A stretch of DNA of 64,000 bases from a virus. This document shows positions 29,394 through 41,100 of the stretch, one piece after another (within the stretch, counting starts at the first letter, position 1; the number at the start of each line of letters is the position of its first letter). A program made the position numbers and the translations under genes. Where the stretch lies: the IMG/VR virus record IMGVR_UViG_3300011114_000773, positions 44,298 through 108,297 of that record. One strand, written 5' to 3'. The notes under the pieces are model-generated. The model was not told the DNA's origin. It saw only the letters and a list, made by a program, of their open reading frames with translations, and ran no database searches.

Positions 29394-32300
29394 TTCTTGA
29401 GGCGAGATGTTATTTTATTGAGGATTGTCTCCTGCTTTGCTAGGGTTTTCGGCTTGCTTCTGAACTCTAATTGAGTTGACATTCCGGCCTCGCCCATCGC
29501 CATAGAGAAGCTCGTTAGTCCCATTTTTGGGTCTATGATAGGAGAAATTCTAGCCGTAGGGCCAGTTATCGTCATATTTATAGACTGAGATGCGCCCGTG
29601 CTCTGATAGTTGTTAAGCCCAGAGATTACATCGTGATAAGCCTTGACAGTGATAACAGAGTTCATATTCGCTCCAGTAATCAAAGAAGTATAAACCAAAA
29701 ATTGATTATCCAGACCGTTAAGGAATGGGTCAATGTCTGGATTTATTTCGTTATTTATGACTTTGACTCCAGCCGTAGGATTCCAGTCTAGGGTAGGCTC
29801 GCCATGAATCTCTACAGTTTTTGGGTGTCTAGTCTCAGTAGAGACGGTAGTTTTCATTAATCCGTAGTAGAGCTGGCCGCTTTCGTCATAAGTTCCTCGC
29901 CCACCGATTCCATACTGAGTGTTTATTGGATAGATGATACTAGTAGCCCTTGTCGCCATCGGATAGATAGACAAAGCTTCGATGTCTGTCAAGTCTTCTA
30001 TATAATAATCACCATTTGTATCTGTTGGCACCAATCCAGCGGAGTTTATAAATGGATTTCTGCTGATTGTTATGTCAAGCCTTCTTGAGTTATTTCCGCT
30101 GATATAGGATGGGTGGAACCCAACACGATAATGACCAGTAGGATTTACGTCGCAATAGTATTTGGCCAATATTCCGCTACCTTGCTGAACATCGCAAAGA
30201 TTTTTGGGGTCGAACAATGCGCGGGCAGCAATTCCGCTAGAAGCTAATCCCTTTCTGCACAGTTCGTCACCGATACTAACATCACAAACACTCGGAATTT
30301 TTTCCTTACGTATTCTTTTTTGTTCTTCAATAACGTCCAGATTGTATTTTCTTAACATTTGAGGGTTATTCGTCAAATGACACGCATCGGAAAAGCCGAA
30401 GAACCCATTTGGGTGTCCTGCATACGTATGCGTAGTAGGATAGCATGTGATAGGAACGATAAGAAACTGCATCTTCTTACACATTTGGTGCTTTTGTCCT
30501 TGGAAATCAAAATAACTTGTAGATATCTGGTCTGCCCCAAGTTGGTTATTGATAGACAGCGATTCTAGTATTGGGCGAAAATCATCAAAAAGTTCATTTA
30601 CTGTGTCGCTGATACTTGGCGCAAAAAATGACATATCCCACGTTTGCTTTACGGTGGCATATAGATTCGTTAGGCTTTCATTTACGTTCGGAATATTATT
30701 ATATTGCTGGCAACGCGTATCATCGAATTCAATTTGAGAGTCGAATACCTCTTGAGTCGTCCCCCAAAGATTGTCAACTTCAGTAAAATATGAACCGGTA
30801 TATCTAACGCCTGTATATCTGTTCTCGAAAACCAAGAGGTTTTTGAATGGCGCATCTTGTATCAGCGGATATTGTTTGGCAGATGGCTCATATTCGTGCG
30901 AATAGGTCGTCCTTTTAATTCCCTTTTCTCCATAAGATAGCCCAGCGCTCGGACTTAGGTTATAAAACAGGTCATCAACTGTGTAAGGAGTTTCGATAGT
31001 CGTCCCCTGAGTTAGAAGAGCATACTTATACATCGACTCAGAACAGCCCTTTTCCCAATCGGAAATCGCCTGTCTTTCCTCTGGATAATAGTAGCCGATA
31101 AAAACCTCAAAGTGAGACTGGTCTAGGGTATTGCCTTGAACAGCATTTTTGCTTTTTTCAATTACTAATGATTTCAGCTCGCTATCTATGATTCTGGTAA
31201 GAGGATGGAACCCGAGCGTTTTAAAGTGAGCATCAAGATTATCTTTATATATCTGAAATGAAGGCGTCAGGTTAGAGTAAAGAGCGTCTCTATTAGCGTC
31301 TATTGCTGCTAAAGATTGAATAATTCTTCTTCCAATAAAAATCTCTCTTAGAGTCTGGCTGTATTTAGATAGGGCTATTGATACATCTATATCATCGAAA
31401 TTTCTAGCCGTCCAGTTTACAAATCTGAAATCTAACCTATCTGATACTGCGTCTGCATAAGAGAGCGGAGGTCCAGTAGGACAGTTTATAGTGGTCGTCG
31501 TAATTGTAGCTGGCGAGCAAACCTCCCAGTTATAGACATGAGACGGCCCAAAGAAATCTACTCCATACGCATTCGTCCGAAGCGTGACTTGCCTATTGTC
31601 TAAATTAAATTCAATTGGATGCAGCGGCCTATATCCGACGTGTCTTTGTATAGTCTTAGACTCTGATTTCGTCGTGGCTGGACGGACGTTGTACGTAATT
31701 ACAGACTGCTTATAGCTATTATTTAAGGAGAACTCTTCCTTGTAGTCACTCACTGCTGAGTTTTCTGAGAAATCTAGGTATCCTCCAGTCGTAGTATTCG
31801 GGTCGAGAATTCCAGTAATCTTCAAAATATCCACTGGATTACTAATATCCATACCAATAAAACTCTTCCCAGAGGTATAAAAACTCAAAGCATAGTCGGC
31901 GCACCAGTTCTGAAGAACTTCTCTAAGAGTGCCTATGTAATTTTGTTTGTAATATAGCGAGCGGTTAGAGTATCCAGAAGGAAAATCGCCTTTGTAGTCA
32001 ATTCCTCTTATTTTAGTTGACCAAATCAGCTCTGGAAATGAGTACTTCACTTCCGGCAGTGCTCCGCAGTTCTCTTGACTAATGTCCTCTGTCCCAAGAA
32101 TTAGATATCCACCGTTCAAATTGAAATTATCCGCTGGAGCAGAAAATGTAGATGGCGTGGAAAACGCTTTGCCCGACAGCCCATGCCATAAATCAAATAT
32201 GTTAGCGCCCATTCCGCCGTAAGGCATTGTCGCGACGACTGGAGTAAAGTTATCCATAACTCTGCCATTCGCCCCAATATAAGACGCCGTGTCGATAAAC

Positions 32301-32833
32301 CTAGATAATTCTCCAGAATGGATAAAGGAAGAACCCGTAAATTGACAATCTCCACATTTTATTGGAAGAACTCCCGTAGCACTAGCAGAATAGATTTTTT
32401 TATTTCCTTGTCTATTAGTCAGACCGACATAGATTTTGTCCAAAATGATTGAATAATCTTTGAAAACGACAGACAGTACCTTATCTCTAGCCGGAAGAGT
32501 TTTATCATAGGAGAATAGGACAAAACTTTCAAATTTTTTACCGTCAATCTCGATATCGAATAGGCTCTCAACGCCCGCCCGAGAAGTCAGATAGATGTCA
32601 TTTTTATTAATATCAAACGTACCCGGAGTTGGAGAATAATCTGTTCCTCCATCTCCGAGATTAGCCAGCGAAACTTTTATCGTCAAGGTCGTAGGCTCAT
32701 TACTAAATCCTATAGAGCAGTCTATAGAATAAATCCAACCACCAAAGGCATATCCAGTAGGCCACGGTGTTCCAGCAGCAAATCGGTTGCCATGAGGCGT
32801 TATCTTTATCCCATTAAGTATATGTATGGCCAT
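29390..32833 (-). CDS. Putative tail hub/Tal-like protein
   Basis: 1147 aa downstream of the TMP; GTLREVLQNWCADY hub-like segment; C-terminal GLTSFSMAMGEAGMSTQLEF. Confidence 0.55.
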   Translation of the reverse strand: MAIHILNGIKITPHGNRFAAGTPWPTGYAFGGWIYSIDCSIGFSNEPTTLTIKVSLANLGDGGTDYSPTPGTFDINKNDIYLTSRAGVESLFDIEIDGKKFESFVLFSYDKTLPARDKVLSVVFKDYSIILDKIYVGLTNRQGNKKIYSASATGVLPIKCGDCQFTGSSFIHSGELSRFIDTASYIGANGRVMDNFTPVVATMPYGGMGANIFDLWHGLSGKAFSTPSTFSAPADNFNLNGGYLILGTEDISQENCGALPEVKYSFPELIWSTKIRGIDYKGDFPSGYSNRSLYYKQNYIGTLREVLQNWCADYALSFYTSGKSFIGMDISNPVDILKITGILDPNTTTGGYLDFSENSAVSDYKEEFSLNNSYKQSVITYNVRPATTKSESKTIQRHVGYRPLHPIEFNLDNRQVTLRTNAYGVDFFGPSHVYNWEVCSPATITTTTINCPTGPPLSYADAVSDRLDFRFVNWTARNFDDIDVSIALSKYSQTLREIFIGRRIIQSLAAIDANRDALYSNLTPSFQIYKDNLDAHFKTLGFHPLTRIIDSELKSLVIEKSKNAVQGNTLDQSHFEVFIGYYYPEERQAISDWEKGCSESMYKYALLTQGTTIETPYTVDDLFYNLSPSAGLSYGEKGIKRTTYSHEYEPSAKQYPLIQDAPFKNLLVFENRYTGVRYTGSYFTEVDNLWGTTQEVFDSQIEFDDTRCQQYNNIPNVNESLTNLYATVKQTWDMSFFAPSISDTVNELFDDFRPILESLSINNQLGADQISTSYFDFQGQKHQMCKKMQFLIVPITCYPTTHTYAGHPNGFFGFSDACHLTNNPQMLRKYNLDVIEEQKRIRKEKIPSVCDVSIGDELCRKGLASSGIAARALFDPKNLCDVQQGSGILAKYYCDVNPTGHYRVGFHPSYISGNNSRRLDITISRNPFINSAGLVPTDTNGDYYIEDLTDIEALSIYPMATRATSIIYPINTQYGIGGRGTYDESGQLYYGLMKTTVSTETRHPKTVEIHGEPTLDWNPTAGVKVINNEINPDIDPFLNGLDNQFLVYTSLITGANMNSVITVKAYHDVISGLNNYQSTGASQSINMTITGPTARISPIIDPKMGLTSFSMAMGEAGMSTQLEFRSKPKTLAKQETILNKITSRLKK

Positions 32834-32834
32834 G

Positions 32835-34730
32835 CTAGATTATATTGTAGTAAGTCGTCTGGTTATTATAGACAATCAGCCCATTAACGGGATAACTATT
32901 TAGGCCGCTGGACGGACTACATGGATAAGTATTCTGATAACTATAGTTTTTTGCCTGTTTTACGCCGTTAATCCAGACCTCTTCAGAAAACCCTGTAATT
33001 AAATATGACGATAACGGAGCATCATTTAAAAATATATGACGGTGGAACTCGGCAGATGAATCTCTCTCTGAAAATACTAGAAGCGGGACTATACTGTCAA
33101 ATACACCAGTAGGAGGAGAGCCATTCGGCCATCCCATAACATTTAAATTACCAGATAGAGATAAGGACGCGGTAAAATCTGGAAGAATATAGCCAGATAG
33201 TGCGACTACCGAAGAAAGTCCAGATATCACTATGGAATAATCATAGCCCTCTGCTAGCTTTTTTCCATTTAAATATAGGTCGTATCCAGACGGAATAAAT
33301 CCCGAGACTCCTGTTATTAGTACTGCTTCTCCAGAAGACATGTACTGAGGTTCTGGTGGCCAATAACTTATCACGCCGCTTTCCTCCGTATCCCATGTAC
33401 CGCTATTTAAAATTATCCTGCTCCGCTCCCATACTCCGCTATATTCCGTCGATATAACCCTGCCAGTAGTTAGATTATAGGCAAATACATCAGTCTGGTC
33501 ATATCCCTGAATAGCATCACCTACGATACGGACTCCGTCAATAGAGTAGTCTATGTTCTCTATATTAAGTATGCCATTTTGCCATAACAGCACTTCTGGA
33601 TAAGAGGACTTATCAAGATTAAAATTATATACTGGAATATTTAACTGGCTTTGGGGACGAGTATAGGAGTAAATTTCAATCAAATATCCAGATGGTATAG
33701 GTTCTGGGAACAGGATAGTTCTTTCGGCAAAGTCTAGTCTGGCTGGATAATTGTATAAGACCTGAGAGATAGACGAGGAAGAATATCCAGTGGACACGAC
33801 CGCAGACGCCGCTGAGATTTTATCTTGGCTAAATACTATACCGCTGATTCCACTTTCATAAGCGAGCGTCGTTACGCCGCCAGTAGGATGTTGAACAGTC
33901 GTCAATTGCGCCTGATATCCCGTAATTCCCGAGACGTTAGCGGTAGAAAAGACAAACGAGCTAACTCCGTAAATAGGATATGAGCCAGTAGTTTCTAGCC
34001 AGTTCAGGCCAGAGCAGGAAAGACATTCCGTAGGAGATTTATTATCCAGTAAGTCTTGAGAAAATAGCGCGAAATTATGAATAGAACCCTTAAAACCAGT
34101 AGTCAGGGAGAGCGCAGAAAATGACCCGCCGATATGCCAGATATCCGATTCTATATGCTCTTGAGTTTGAAACACGTCGTATTTATAAGATTCAAGCTCA
34201 TAGTCGTAAAATCCAACCAGCATTCGCTTGTCGCTATGGGATAGAAATATTGTGTTTCTTTCTGACAGTTCATAACTTGAGGTATGTCTGCGATACGAGC
34301 CATCCTGAGCGGGATACTGTAGAGATAAGCGATTCCCCTGATTAATAGAAAGGTCAAATCCGCTCACTCCTGTCGTATTTGTAGATAGCAGCGTCCGAGA
34401 GAGGGCAGATAGAGAACTATCGCAAAAATTATTTTCAAAGTCAACAATTGCAGTAAAAGAAGAGAAAGGGACGCCGTTAGATATTCTGACTAAGTCGTTT
34501 CCAAGAAATTTCCCGGTTGAGACTTGTGCTAGAGAAGAGCTTCCTGTCTTGACTATGATTCCGGGATATTTACTGACTAAAGGGAATCCACCAAGAACTT
34601 GTTCGCCGCTACTATAAACAGAATTGAACAGGCAATTCCCGGAACTAGCCAAGAAATCATAAAATACCCTTAAATTTCCAGTAACTAGCCCATTTCCAGA
34701 TAGACATCCTATATAATTTCCGATGTTCAC
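32835..34730 (-). CDS. Virion protein with a LamG/concanavalin-like domain and repeated beta modules
   Basis: WHIGG...FKGSIHNFALF; repeats WQNG..DY, YLNG..DY, WING..SY. Confidence 0.6.
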   Translation of the reverse strand: MNIGNYIGCLSGNGLVTGNLRVFYDFLASSGNCLFNSVYSSGEQVLGGFPLVSKYPGIIVKTGSSSLAQVSTGKFLGNDLVRISNGVPFSSFTAIVDFENNFCDSSLSALSRTLLSTNTTGVSGFDLSINQGNRLSLQYPAQDGSYRRHTSSYELSERNTIFLSHSDKRMLVGFYDYELESYKYDVFQTQEHIESDIWHIGGSFSALSLTTGFKGSIHNFALFSQDLLDNKSPTECLSCSGLNWLETTGSYPIYGVSSFVFSTANVSGITGYQAQLTTVQHPTGGVTTLAYESGISGIVFSQDKISAASAVVSTGYSSSSISQVLYNYPARLDFAERTILFPEPIPSGYLIEIYSYTRPQSQLNIPVYNFNLDKSSYPEVLLWQNGILNIENIDYSIDGVRIVGDAIQGYDQTDVFAYNLTTGRVISTEYSGVWERSRIILNSGTWDTEESGVISYWPPEPQYMSSGEAVLITGVSGFIPSGYDLYLNGKKLAEGYDYSIVISGLSSVVALSGYILPDFTASLSLSGNLNVMGWPNGSPPTGVFDSIVPLLVFSERDSSAEFHRHIFLNDAPLSSYLITGFSEEVWINGVKQAKNYSYQNTYPCSPSSGLNSYPVNGLIVYNNQTTYYNII

Positions 34731-34732
34731 GA

Positions 34733-36445
34733 CTAAAATCCGAATTGATATCCTGCCGCACGCCGTACGTATCCATTATCCACAAATAATGCTGTTTTGC
34801 TCAATGTAATTCCACTACAGAGGCTAGACTTTACGTAATAAGAACGGTTTACGTTAAAATTAAATACACCAGACCCTTCGGATGAGTCCGTCAAATAGAA
34901 AGAATTGTTTGCATTGGTCCCAGATAATTCTGAGAGAACCCAGTCTTCCACCGACTTAATTCCAGTATAACTTTTAAACTGGCTGATATATATACCTTGG
35001 TCATAAGAATTGCCTACATGCTCTACGGAAGACTCAAGCTGGAGCCTCTCTCTAGTCCTACATTGCAAATCTTGTACAATAAAATGCCCTTCTATATTGA
35101 CGGCTGGAACTGCTTCAAAAAGCCATATCTCAGGCGTCACAGCAGCCTTCCACGACGCTTTACCTATCGAACTGGCATATCCAGACCCATTAGGCAATAA
35201 ACGCGCTCCTAGAGACTTCCAGTGAGAATCGTCAAACTTAGAAGAGAGCTTCAAAACAAGTGGCCGACCGTTGTTTTCTATACCGAAATCTAAAGGTAAC
35301 GGATTTAGAGGATATGTAGATTTAAATGTCCTATACAGGTCCGTCCCTAAAAGAGAATTATAAGCAAACGCCACGAAATGCCCGTAGTCGGTTATTATTT
35401 GCTGTTTTACGCTATTCATTCGAGAAAGACGGTGTGACTCTGGTCCGACTATTTTAAACTCCGACTCCAATGAGTAAGTGCGGATGTCTCTAATTTCATC
35501 CCAGTCCATAGAAACTCGATGATAAAATAGTCCAGATATCATGGAGGATTCTCCAGAGATAAAGGACATTTTAGCGGAAATCGTTGACGCGGATGGATTT
35601 TCTTCGCTACTGAAGTTCGTTAAAATACAATTTCCAGTATTTATGCCATATTTTGAGAGCTTGTCATAGTAATCATAGTCTCTGGCATGAAATCGGACAT
35701 GCTCGATACCACTTTGCTTGTGTGATAAGAAGTCAACGCCCAATTCGAGCGTGATATACTCAGCAGATATATCGTCGGTGATTCCGAGATTCGATACCGT
35801 AACGTACGGCACAGAGGAGCCGGTTTCGTATTTCCATGTTTCGTTTACGCTATAGCTCGCGTCCAATCGGTTAACCGATTCAGAAACCGATACTAATACT
35901 GGAACACCCTGACTAATAAAAATAGGCGAAACGGCCTGAACCGGATTAGAGCCGGTTAAATGAGAGACGAAGTTTATGGCATTGTCTATAGCGTCTGCGC
36001 TTGTCGTTTTTAGTCCCTTAGCACTAATTTTTCTATTTATCCCTACCGTTCCATCTTTATTATCAGAGTAAGAGTATTCGTTAGATATGTCAATCACGCC
36101 GCTGGGTACGTCGTAAGACTTAAGCGTTACGGTATAGGGAATCCCTTGATTAGTCCCCGTATAAAACGGATTAGAACTAATTGAAATAGTCTCTAAAATA
36201 CAGTTATTTGCGACATAGAAACTGGCATCACCGTCACTCTCTATATTTAAAGTCCTAAACCCTGTCGCAAAAATAGCGCATATACCGCTTATTAAGGCCT
36301 GTCCAGATATTCCAGTTAAGAATCCATGCAGTTCGATATTATGCACGGCTCCCCATCTCCTACCCATATCAATAGGCTCTAAAGACCTACTGACATAAGG
36401 AGGGGGAGAAATCTCTCGGCCATCATATTTAACTACTGTTGACAT
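34733..36445 (-). CDS. Putative distal tail protein
   Basis: Second gene after the TMP; beta-rich; repeat pattern resembles 36445-38184. Confidence 0.55.
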   Translation of the reverse strand: MSTVVKYDGREISPPPYVSRSLEPIDMGRRWGAVHNIELHGFLTGISGQALISGICAIFATGFRTLNIESDGDASFYVANNCILETISISSNPFYTGTNQGIPYTVTLKSYDVPSGVIDISNEYSYSDNKDGTVGINRKISAKGLKTTSADAIDNAINFVSHLTGSNPVQAVSPIFISQGVPVLVSVSESVNRLDASYSVNETWKYETGSSVPYVTVSNLGITDDISAEYITLELGVDFLSHKQSGIEHVRFHARDYDYYDKLSKYGINTGNCILTNFSSEENPSASTISAKMSFISGESSMISGLFYHRVSMDWDEIRDIRTYSLESEFKIVGPESHRLSRMNSVKQQIITDYGHFVAFAYNSLLGTDLYRTFKSTYPLNPLPLDFGIENNGRPLVLKLSSKFDDSHWKSLGARLLPNGSGYASSIGKASWKAAVTPEIWLFEAVPAVNIEGHFIVQDLQCRTRERLQLESSVEHVGNSYDQGIYISQFKSYTGIKSVEDWVLSELSGTNANNSFYLTDSSEGSGVFNFNVNRSYYVKSSLCSGITLSKTALFVDNGYVRRAAGYQFGF

Positions 36446-38184
36446 TATTTTTTAAGAGTATATGAGTATTCTACTGTCACTCCTAGGTCGCCCTCGGAAT
36501 TAAAGTCATATTTTGCACTGGATAAGAAGAAATTAAACATATCAGCGCCGAGTAGAACTTTGTTAAGAAATACGGGCTTGCTATGAGCTACTAGGGCAGC
36601 GACCTCTCCCGTCGGAAGATAAAGCGCGTCAAAATTATTGTTACGCCTAGTCAGGATTCCTTTATAGGACACGGACGCAGTACTTAGCTCCTGCTGATAG
36701 CCATAGCTCAAGATAGTTTGTTTACTTGGCCGATTTATAACCTTGTACTCGTGAATGATGTCCTTTGGTCGGGACTGGTCCACAGAAATCTCCAACTGAG
36801 TAAGTCCAGTTATCGCTGCGGAATTAAAGGGATTCACATAGTTAATATTGTAAATTGGACTATCGGTATATGAGAAGGACGCGTGACAGGCCTTGCCTCT
36901 TTGCGGCGCAGAATATGAAGATTTTACCCTATTAAGTCCAGCGGGAGAAAGCCCTGTTATATTTGCTAGTCCAGAGTAAATAGCCATACAGTACTGGGCC
37001 GAATTTGCGGCGTCGGTAGCTAGGACTCCCATAATCGTGCTTGACCCGCTAACAGGTATGTTGTCTGTCCTACCGACAATATGGGCGTTCAAAGTGTAAT
37101 CTATTGAATGCTCCATCTCTACCGCCCCGTTAGAGAGCTTATGAACAGAGATGTTGGAGTTTCTGGAAAGTCCGGTCTGGAAGTTAGGATTATTCGTGTA
37201 GCTGACCGAACCCTCTATAGATAAAGTCGGTACAACGCAAGTTTTGTTGGAAGAGAGCCTTACAAGATTAGAGACGTTAGAGTTACTGGTATTTGTTTGC
37301 AAATTCGTTAGCGGGAAGTATCCAGTCACTATGCTTTCGCAACGGCTTTCAGAACCAGCCAACACAGAATTAAATCCGCTCACTGCTTGGTTGTAAGTTT
37401 TATTTCCGGCGACTTTGATTCGCTCGTCAATTTTAAAGAATCCATCTTGGTCGTAAGCTACAGAATGAGACAGGTTATATGTATAACCAGAAGAGGAGGA
37501 GCTTAAGATACCCCGCGTTTTGCTAAAAGAGAACGAGTTTCTTAATGCGTCGAACGTCTCCGTGTAGTAAATTTGAGTGGCGTTTCCAGTGGCATATTGC
37601 GCGTAGTCTTGAAAGCCTATTTTAGACAGCCCAGCGGCCCCGTCAGAGTCATAAATATCTGTCGCGATATCCTCGGCGGCGCTTTTTAAACTAGAAAAGT
37701 CTAGGTATCCGTCTCCTGTTTTAAGAGAGAATGACAAGTCGTGTTTGTAGCTTTTGTCTGCCGCCTCTGAGCTATCGAAACTAAAATTTTCATTTAGGTC
37801 TTTTAGTAAGTGGCAGTAGCTCGCAATTACGCCGGATATGCCGGTTAATTTTGTATTGTCGTATCCGTTTTGATATTGGTCTGATTTATAAGTCTCGATA
37901 GACACCGTATGCTTTTGGGAGCGGATAGTATCCTCACCGAGACTATTTCCGTTAGGAACAGAGAATGACGTTATATTTACATCTCCGGTGAAAATCCCCA
38001 AATACTGCGAGAATTGAGATTTAAAATACTGCCGTAAATCTCTTCTGCCAGTGAGTTCTATGTCGTATATCTCGTAGTCATACTTCTCAACGATGCGGAA
38101 AGGCAGTCCCAAGCCAAAATTTTCAAATCGGCGAGAGTATCCCATTAGGCCCGTATAGTTTCCTGAAGGATGAGCGATTGGCAT
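36445..38184 (-). CDS. Putative distal tail protein
   Basis: Immediately downstream of the TMP; beta-rich. Confidence 0.55.
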   Translation of the reverse strand: MPIAHPSGNYTGLMGYSRRFENFGLGLPFRIVEKYDYEIYDIELTGRRDLRQYFKSQFSQYLGIFTGDVNITSFSVPNGNSLGEDTIRSQKHTVSIETYKSDQYQNGYDNTKLTGISGVIASYCHLLKDLNENFSFDSSEAADKSYKHDLSFSLKTGDGYLDFSSLKSAAEDIATDIYDSDGAAGLSKIGFQDYAQYATGNATQIYYTETFDALRNSFSFSKTRGILSSSSSGYTYNLSHSVAYDQDGFFKIDERIKVAGNKTYNQAVSGFNSVLAGSESRCESIVTGYFPLTNLQTNTSNSNVSNLVRLSSNKTCVVPTLSIEGSVSYTNNPNFQTGLSRNSNISVHKLSNGAVEMEHSIDYTLNAHIVGRTDNIPVSGSSTIMGVLATDAANSAQYCMAIYSGLANITGLSPAGLNRVKSSYSAPQRGKACHASFSYTDSPIYNINYVNPFNSAAITGLTQLEISVDQSRPKDIIHEYKVINRPSKQTILSYGYQQELSTASVSYKGILTRRNNNFDALYLPTGEVAALVAHSKPVFLNKVLLGADMFNFFLSSAKYDFNSEGDLGVTVEYSYTLKK

Positions 38185-38188
38185 ATAA

Positions 38189-41100
38189 TTAGCTTACCTT
38201 TTCTTTGACTGGAGGAGGAAGTCCTCTCTGAGAACTGGTTATTTCTACAAGCTTATTTACAGATATCGCTATTGATGCGAGATTAGACGAGTCGGCCTCC
38301 GCGCTCTTAGAGGCCACTGGAATTGCTGGAGTAGCTGGGTTAGCTGGGGCTATCGGCTGGCCCTTTTCATCAAGACCTTTCTTACGGTTCTCTTCTTTAT
38401 TTTTTTCTTTTTCATCAGCTATCTCGTCTTTTTTGTTCTTATCTTCAAGAGCTTTCTTAATCTCCTCACCTATCTTGTTTAGCGTATCGTTAGACTCCTT
38501 TATAGCCGCTGTCAAGACGTTATTCGCCGCAGTTACCTCGCGAGTGTCAAACACAAACGGCGTAGTAGAGAGTCTCGTTATAGCGGCTTCTAACGATTCG
38601 GTAGATTTTGCTAGCGCGGCATTCGAGTTAATGAGAGGACTCATATCCCCCAAGCCCGCGCCCTTGGCAATGCCCTGCGCTGTGACGTTTTTGTCTTCTC
38701 CCTTTAAAACAGTCCTAGCTCTAGCTAAGTCCAATTCTTGCACGTTACTCGCCCCAAAAGCCCCTAGCGTTTTACGAAGGCCGACTGCTGTCGCGTTGTT
38801 CCCAGCAGACACGATTCCGAATTGACGCGACCTATTTATGGCATTTCCCTTTGCTAACTGAGCCTGAATAGGAGCCACAACTTCGTCAGGGAGAGAGTCC
38901 CCGAACATATTAGTTAAGGCCTGTCCGTACCTCTTGGTAGCAAATCTATCGCCGCGCTCATATCCGCGCTTGTCCTTACGTAGTTGCCTTTCCGCGTCGC
39001 GTTCTTCTTTGCGACTGTCAGGAGCGGCACCGAACATCTTACCCTTTCTCTGTTCGTCTAGTATAGCGATTTGTCCTTTATATGCCTGATTTTGAATCGC
39101 GAGTTGAGACACGGCAGCGGCCCCAGCGTTTTCTATGCCGCGAGTCATAGTGGTGTTTAGTTCGTCAATAAGTTGATATAGTTTAGTGTCCTCTGCCCCC
39201 TTTAAAATCTCGTTCTTAAGAGAACCCTCTGGGGTAATCGCTCCAGTAACAGTTTTGAAATATCCCAGTATCTCTTGAGGAGTCATCGGTGCCCCCTGAC
39301 TTTTTCTGGTATTAACACCCTGAGAAACAACCCCCATAATTCGGGAGACTTCCCCCTTGGCCTTCAATACGTCTTCATTTATCCTAACATCTCCTCCTGC
39401 TGTTTTATACTTGCTATCTGATTTAGATAAAATATTGTCTGTGATTGACGATATAGATTTATTCGCAGCCTCTGTGGAAATAGTAGCTTTCTCTTCTCCT
39501 AATTTGGTATAGACTTCTTGGCTTTTTTGTTCATTGCCTAGTCTTAATTGTGTCCCTGCCCCATATCTCATTCCCGCCAACGAGACTGCATCTGTCCCCA
39601 TTTGTAGATTGACCGAGTTTTTGGTTGACTGAAGCTTGTCGGCAAGAGTCGCCGCCTGTAGGAGATTACCGACATAGGCCTTAACAGAGCTATCTACCTT
39701 ATATATAGCCGTGTCTCTCTTTCCCTCTGCAATTTGCTCGGCGTTTTTCGCATTGCGGATAACCTTAATGTCTCCCGTTCGAGCCGCTGTGATTTCCTTT
39801 TCATTTTTGAGACTTCTCTCTTCTAGTTTGTTGCGAGTGAATAGTTCTTTTGTATATTTTTCAGCGACTGCTAGATTTTTTGTATGCTGCTCATATACAT
39901 CTTGGGTGATGGCTTTTTGAGCGAGAAGAGCTGCCATTACTTCTAAGGCGTTACCTCTTATCGCTTGACGAGTTACGGCTCCCGTGTCAGACGCGCCAAA
40001 TCCGCCCTGACCGCCGACAATGACACGCTGCCGCTGCTCGGTGACATCTTCCAGCAAAGGCATTTTTTTGCGCACTGTCGCGACGGCGTCTGTCTCTTTT
40101 TTACCCAAGTTAGCATATTCTCCACCATATAGTTCTTTTTCCTTTTGAGATATGGATTTTTGCTCCTGCTCTCCCGGACGGAACCATCTGGTTCTTTTCA
40201 ATTCGTCCATCTTTTCAAACTCAAGGGCGCGTTCGGAAGTACCTGTTTCTTTTTTGTGCTCTTCTTGGATGGCTCCAGCAACGCGCTGTCTTCCTTCTGT
40301 AGTTGACTGGGCGTTAATCCTTCCTCTTTCCATTGCGGTCAAACTTAATAAACTCTTGGATACTTTATTTTGAGTGTCTATTATTGTTTTAGTAGAGACT
40401 GAGGCGTCACTATACATCTGACTAAGATTTCCGATAGCTTGGCTATACTCAGAAAGAGCTGTTCCTGATATATTGAACTCGCTCTTCATAACGTCTAGCG
40501 CCGCCGCCATCTCTGGTGATTTATTAGACCAAGACTCCCAAGCCTTTATAAAACCTGGGATACTTATGATAGCAGCCGTAGCTATGCCTAACGGACCCGG
40601 AATGACAGACATCACCTGTGCGGCAGTCCCAAATGTTTCTGCCACCATTGACATCGACTTTCCAGCAGCCGTTTCTTGGGGTATAAATCCGGCGATAGTA
40701 CTAATACCAGCAGATGTGGCAAGTGAGTAAGACATTGACTTTCTATTGAAGTCGTCTTTCTTTTGCGCTTTATCCACCGCCAGTTGAGCCTGTTGTATCC
40801 TCATTGAGTGAGGAGTCTCTGCCAACTTAGCTGTCGTTAAAGCTTGCTCGTCAGCGGCTCTGCTGGCAAACCCTGTCCGGTACGTCTGCATTACTGCTGA
40901 ATTTGACATCTGTGTAGCTCGTCTGGACGTATTCCATCCCGGTGCGCCAGAGGCATTAATTTGTGCTTGAAGTCTCTGATTCTGTTGCGTAAGCACTACA
41001 TGCGCCCTCTTAGCTAAATCTCTCTGGACTGCTGGTCCAGTATTGAGAGCAGATAGGCCAGCTCTTTCAATGATAGACCTCTCACTATACCTGTCGGCTA

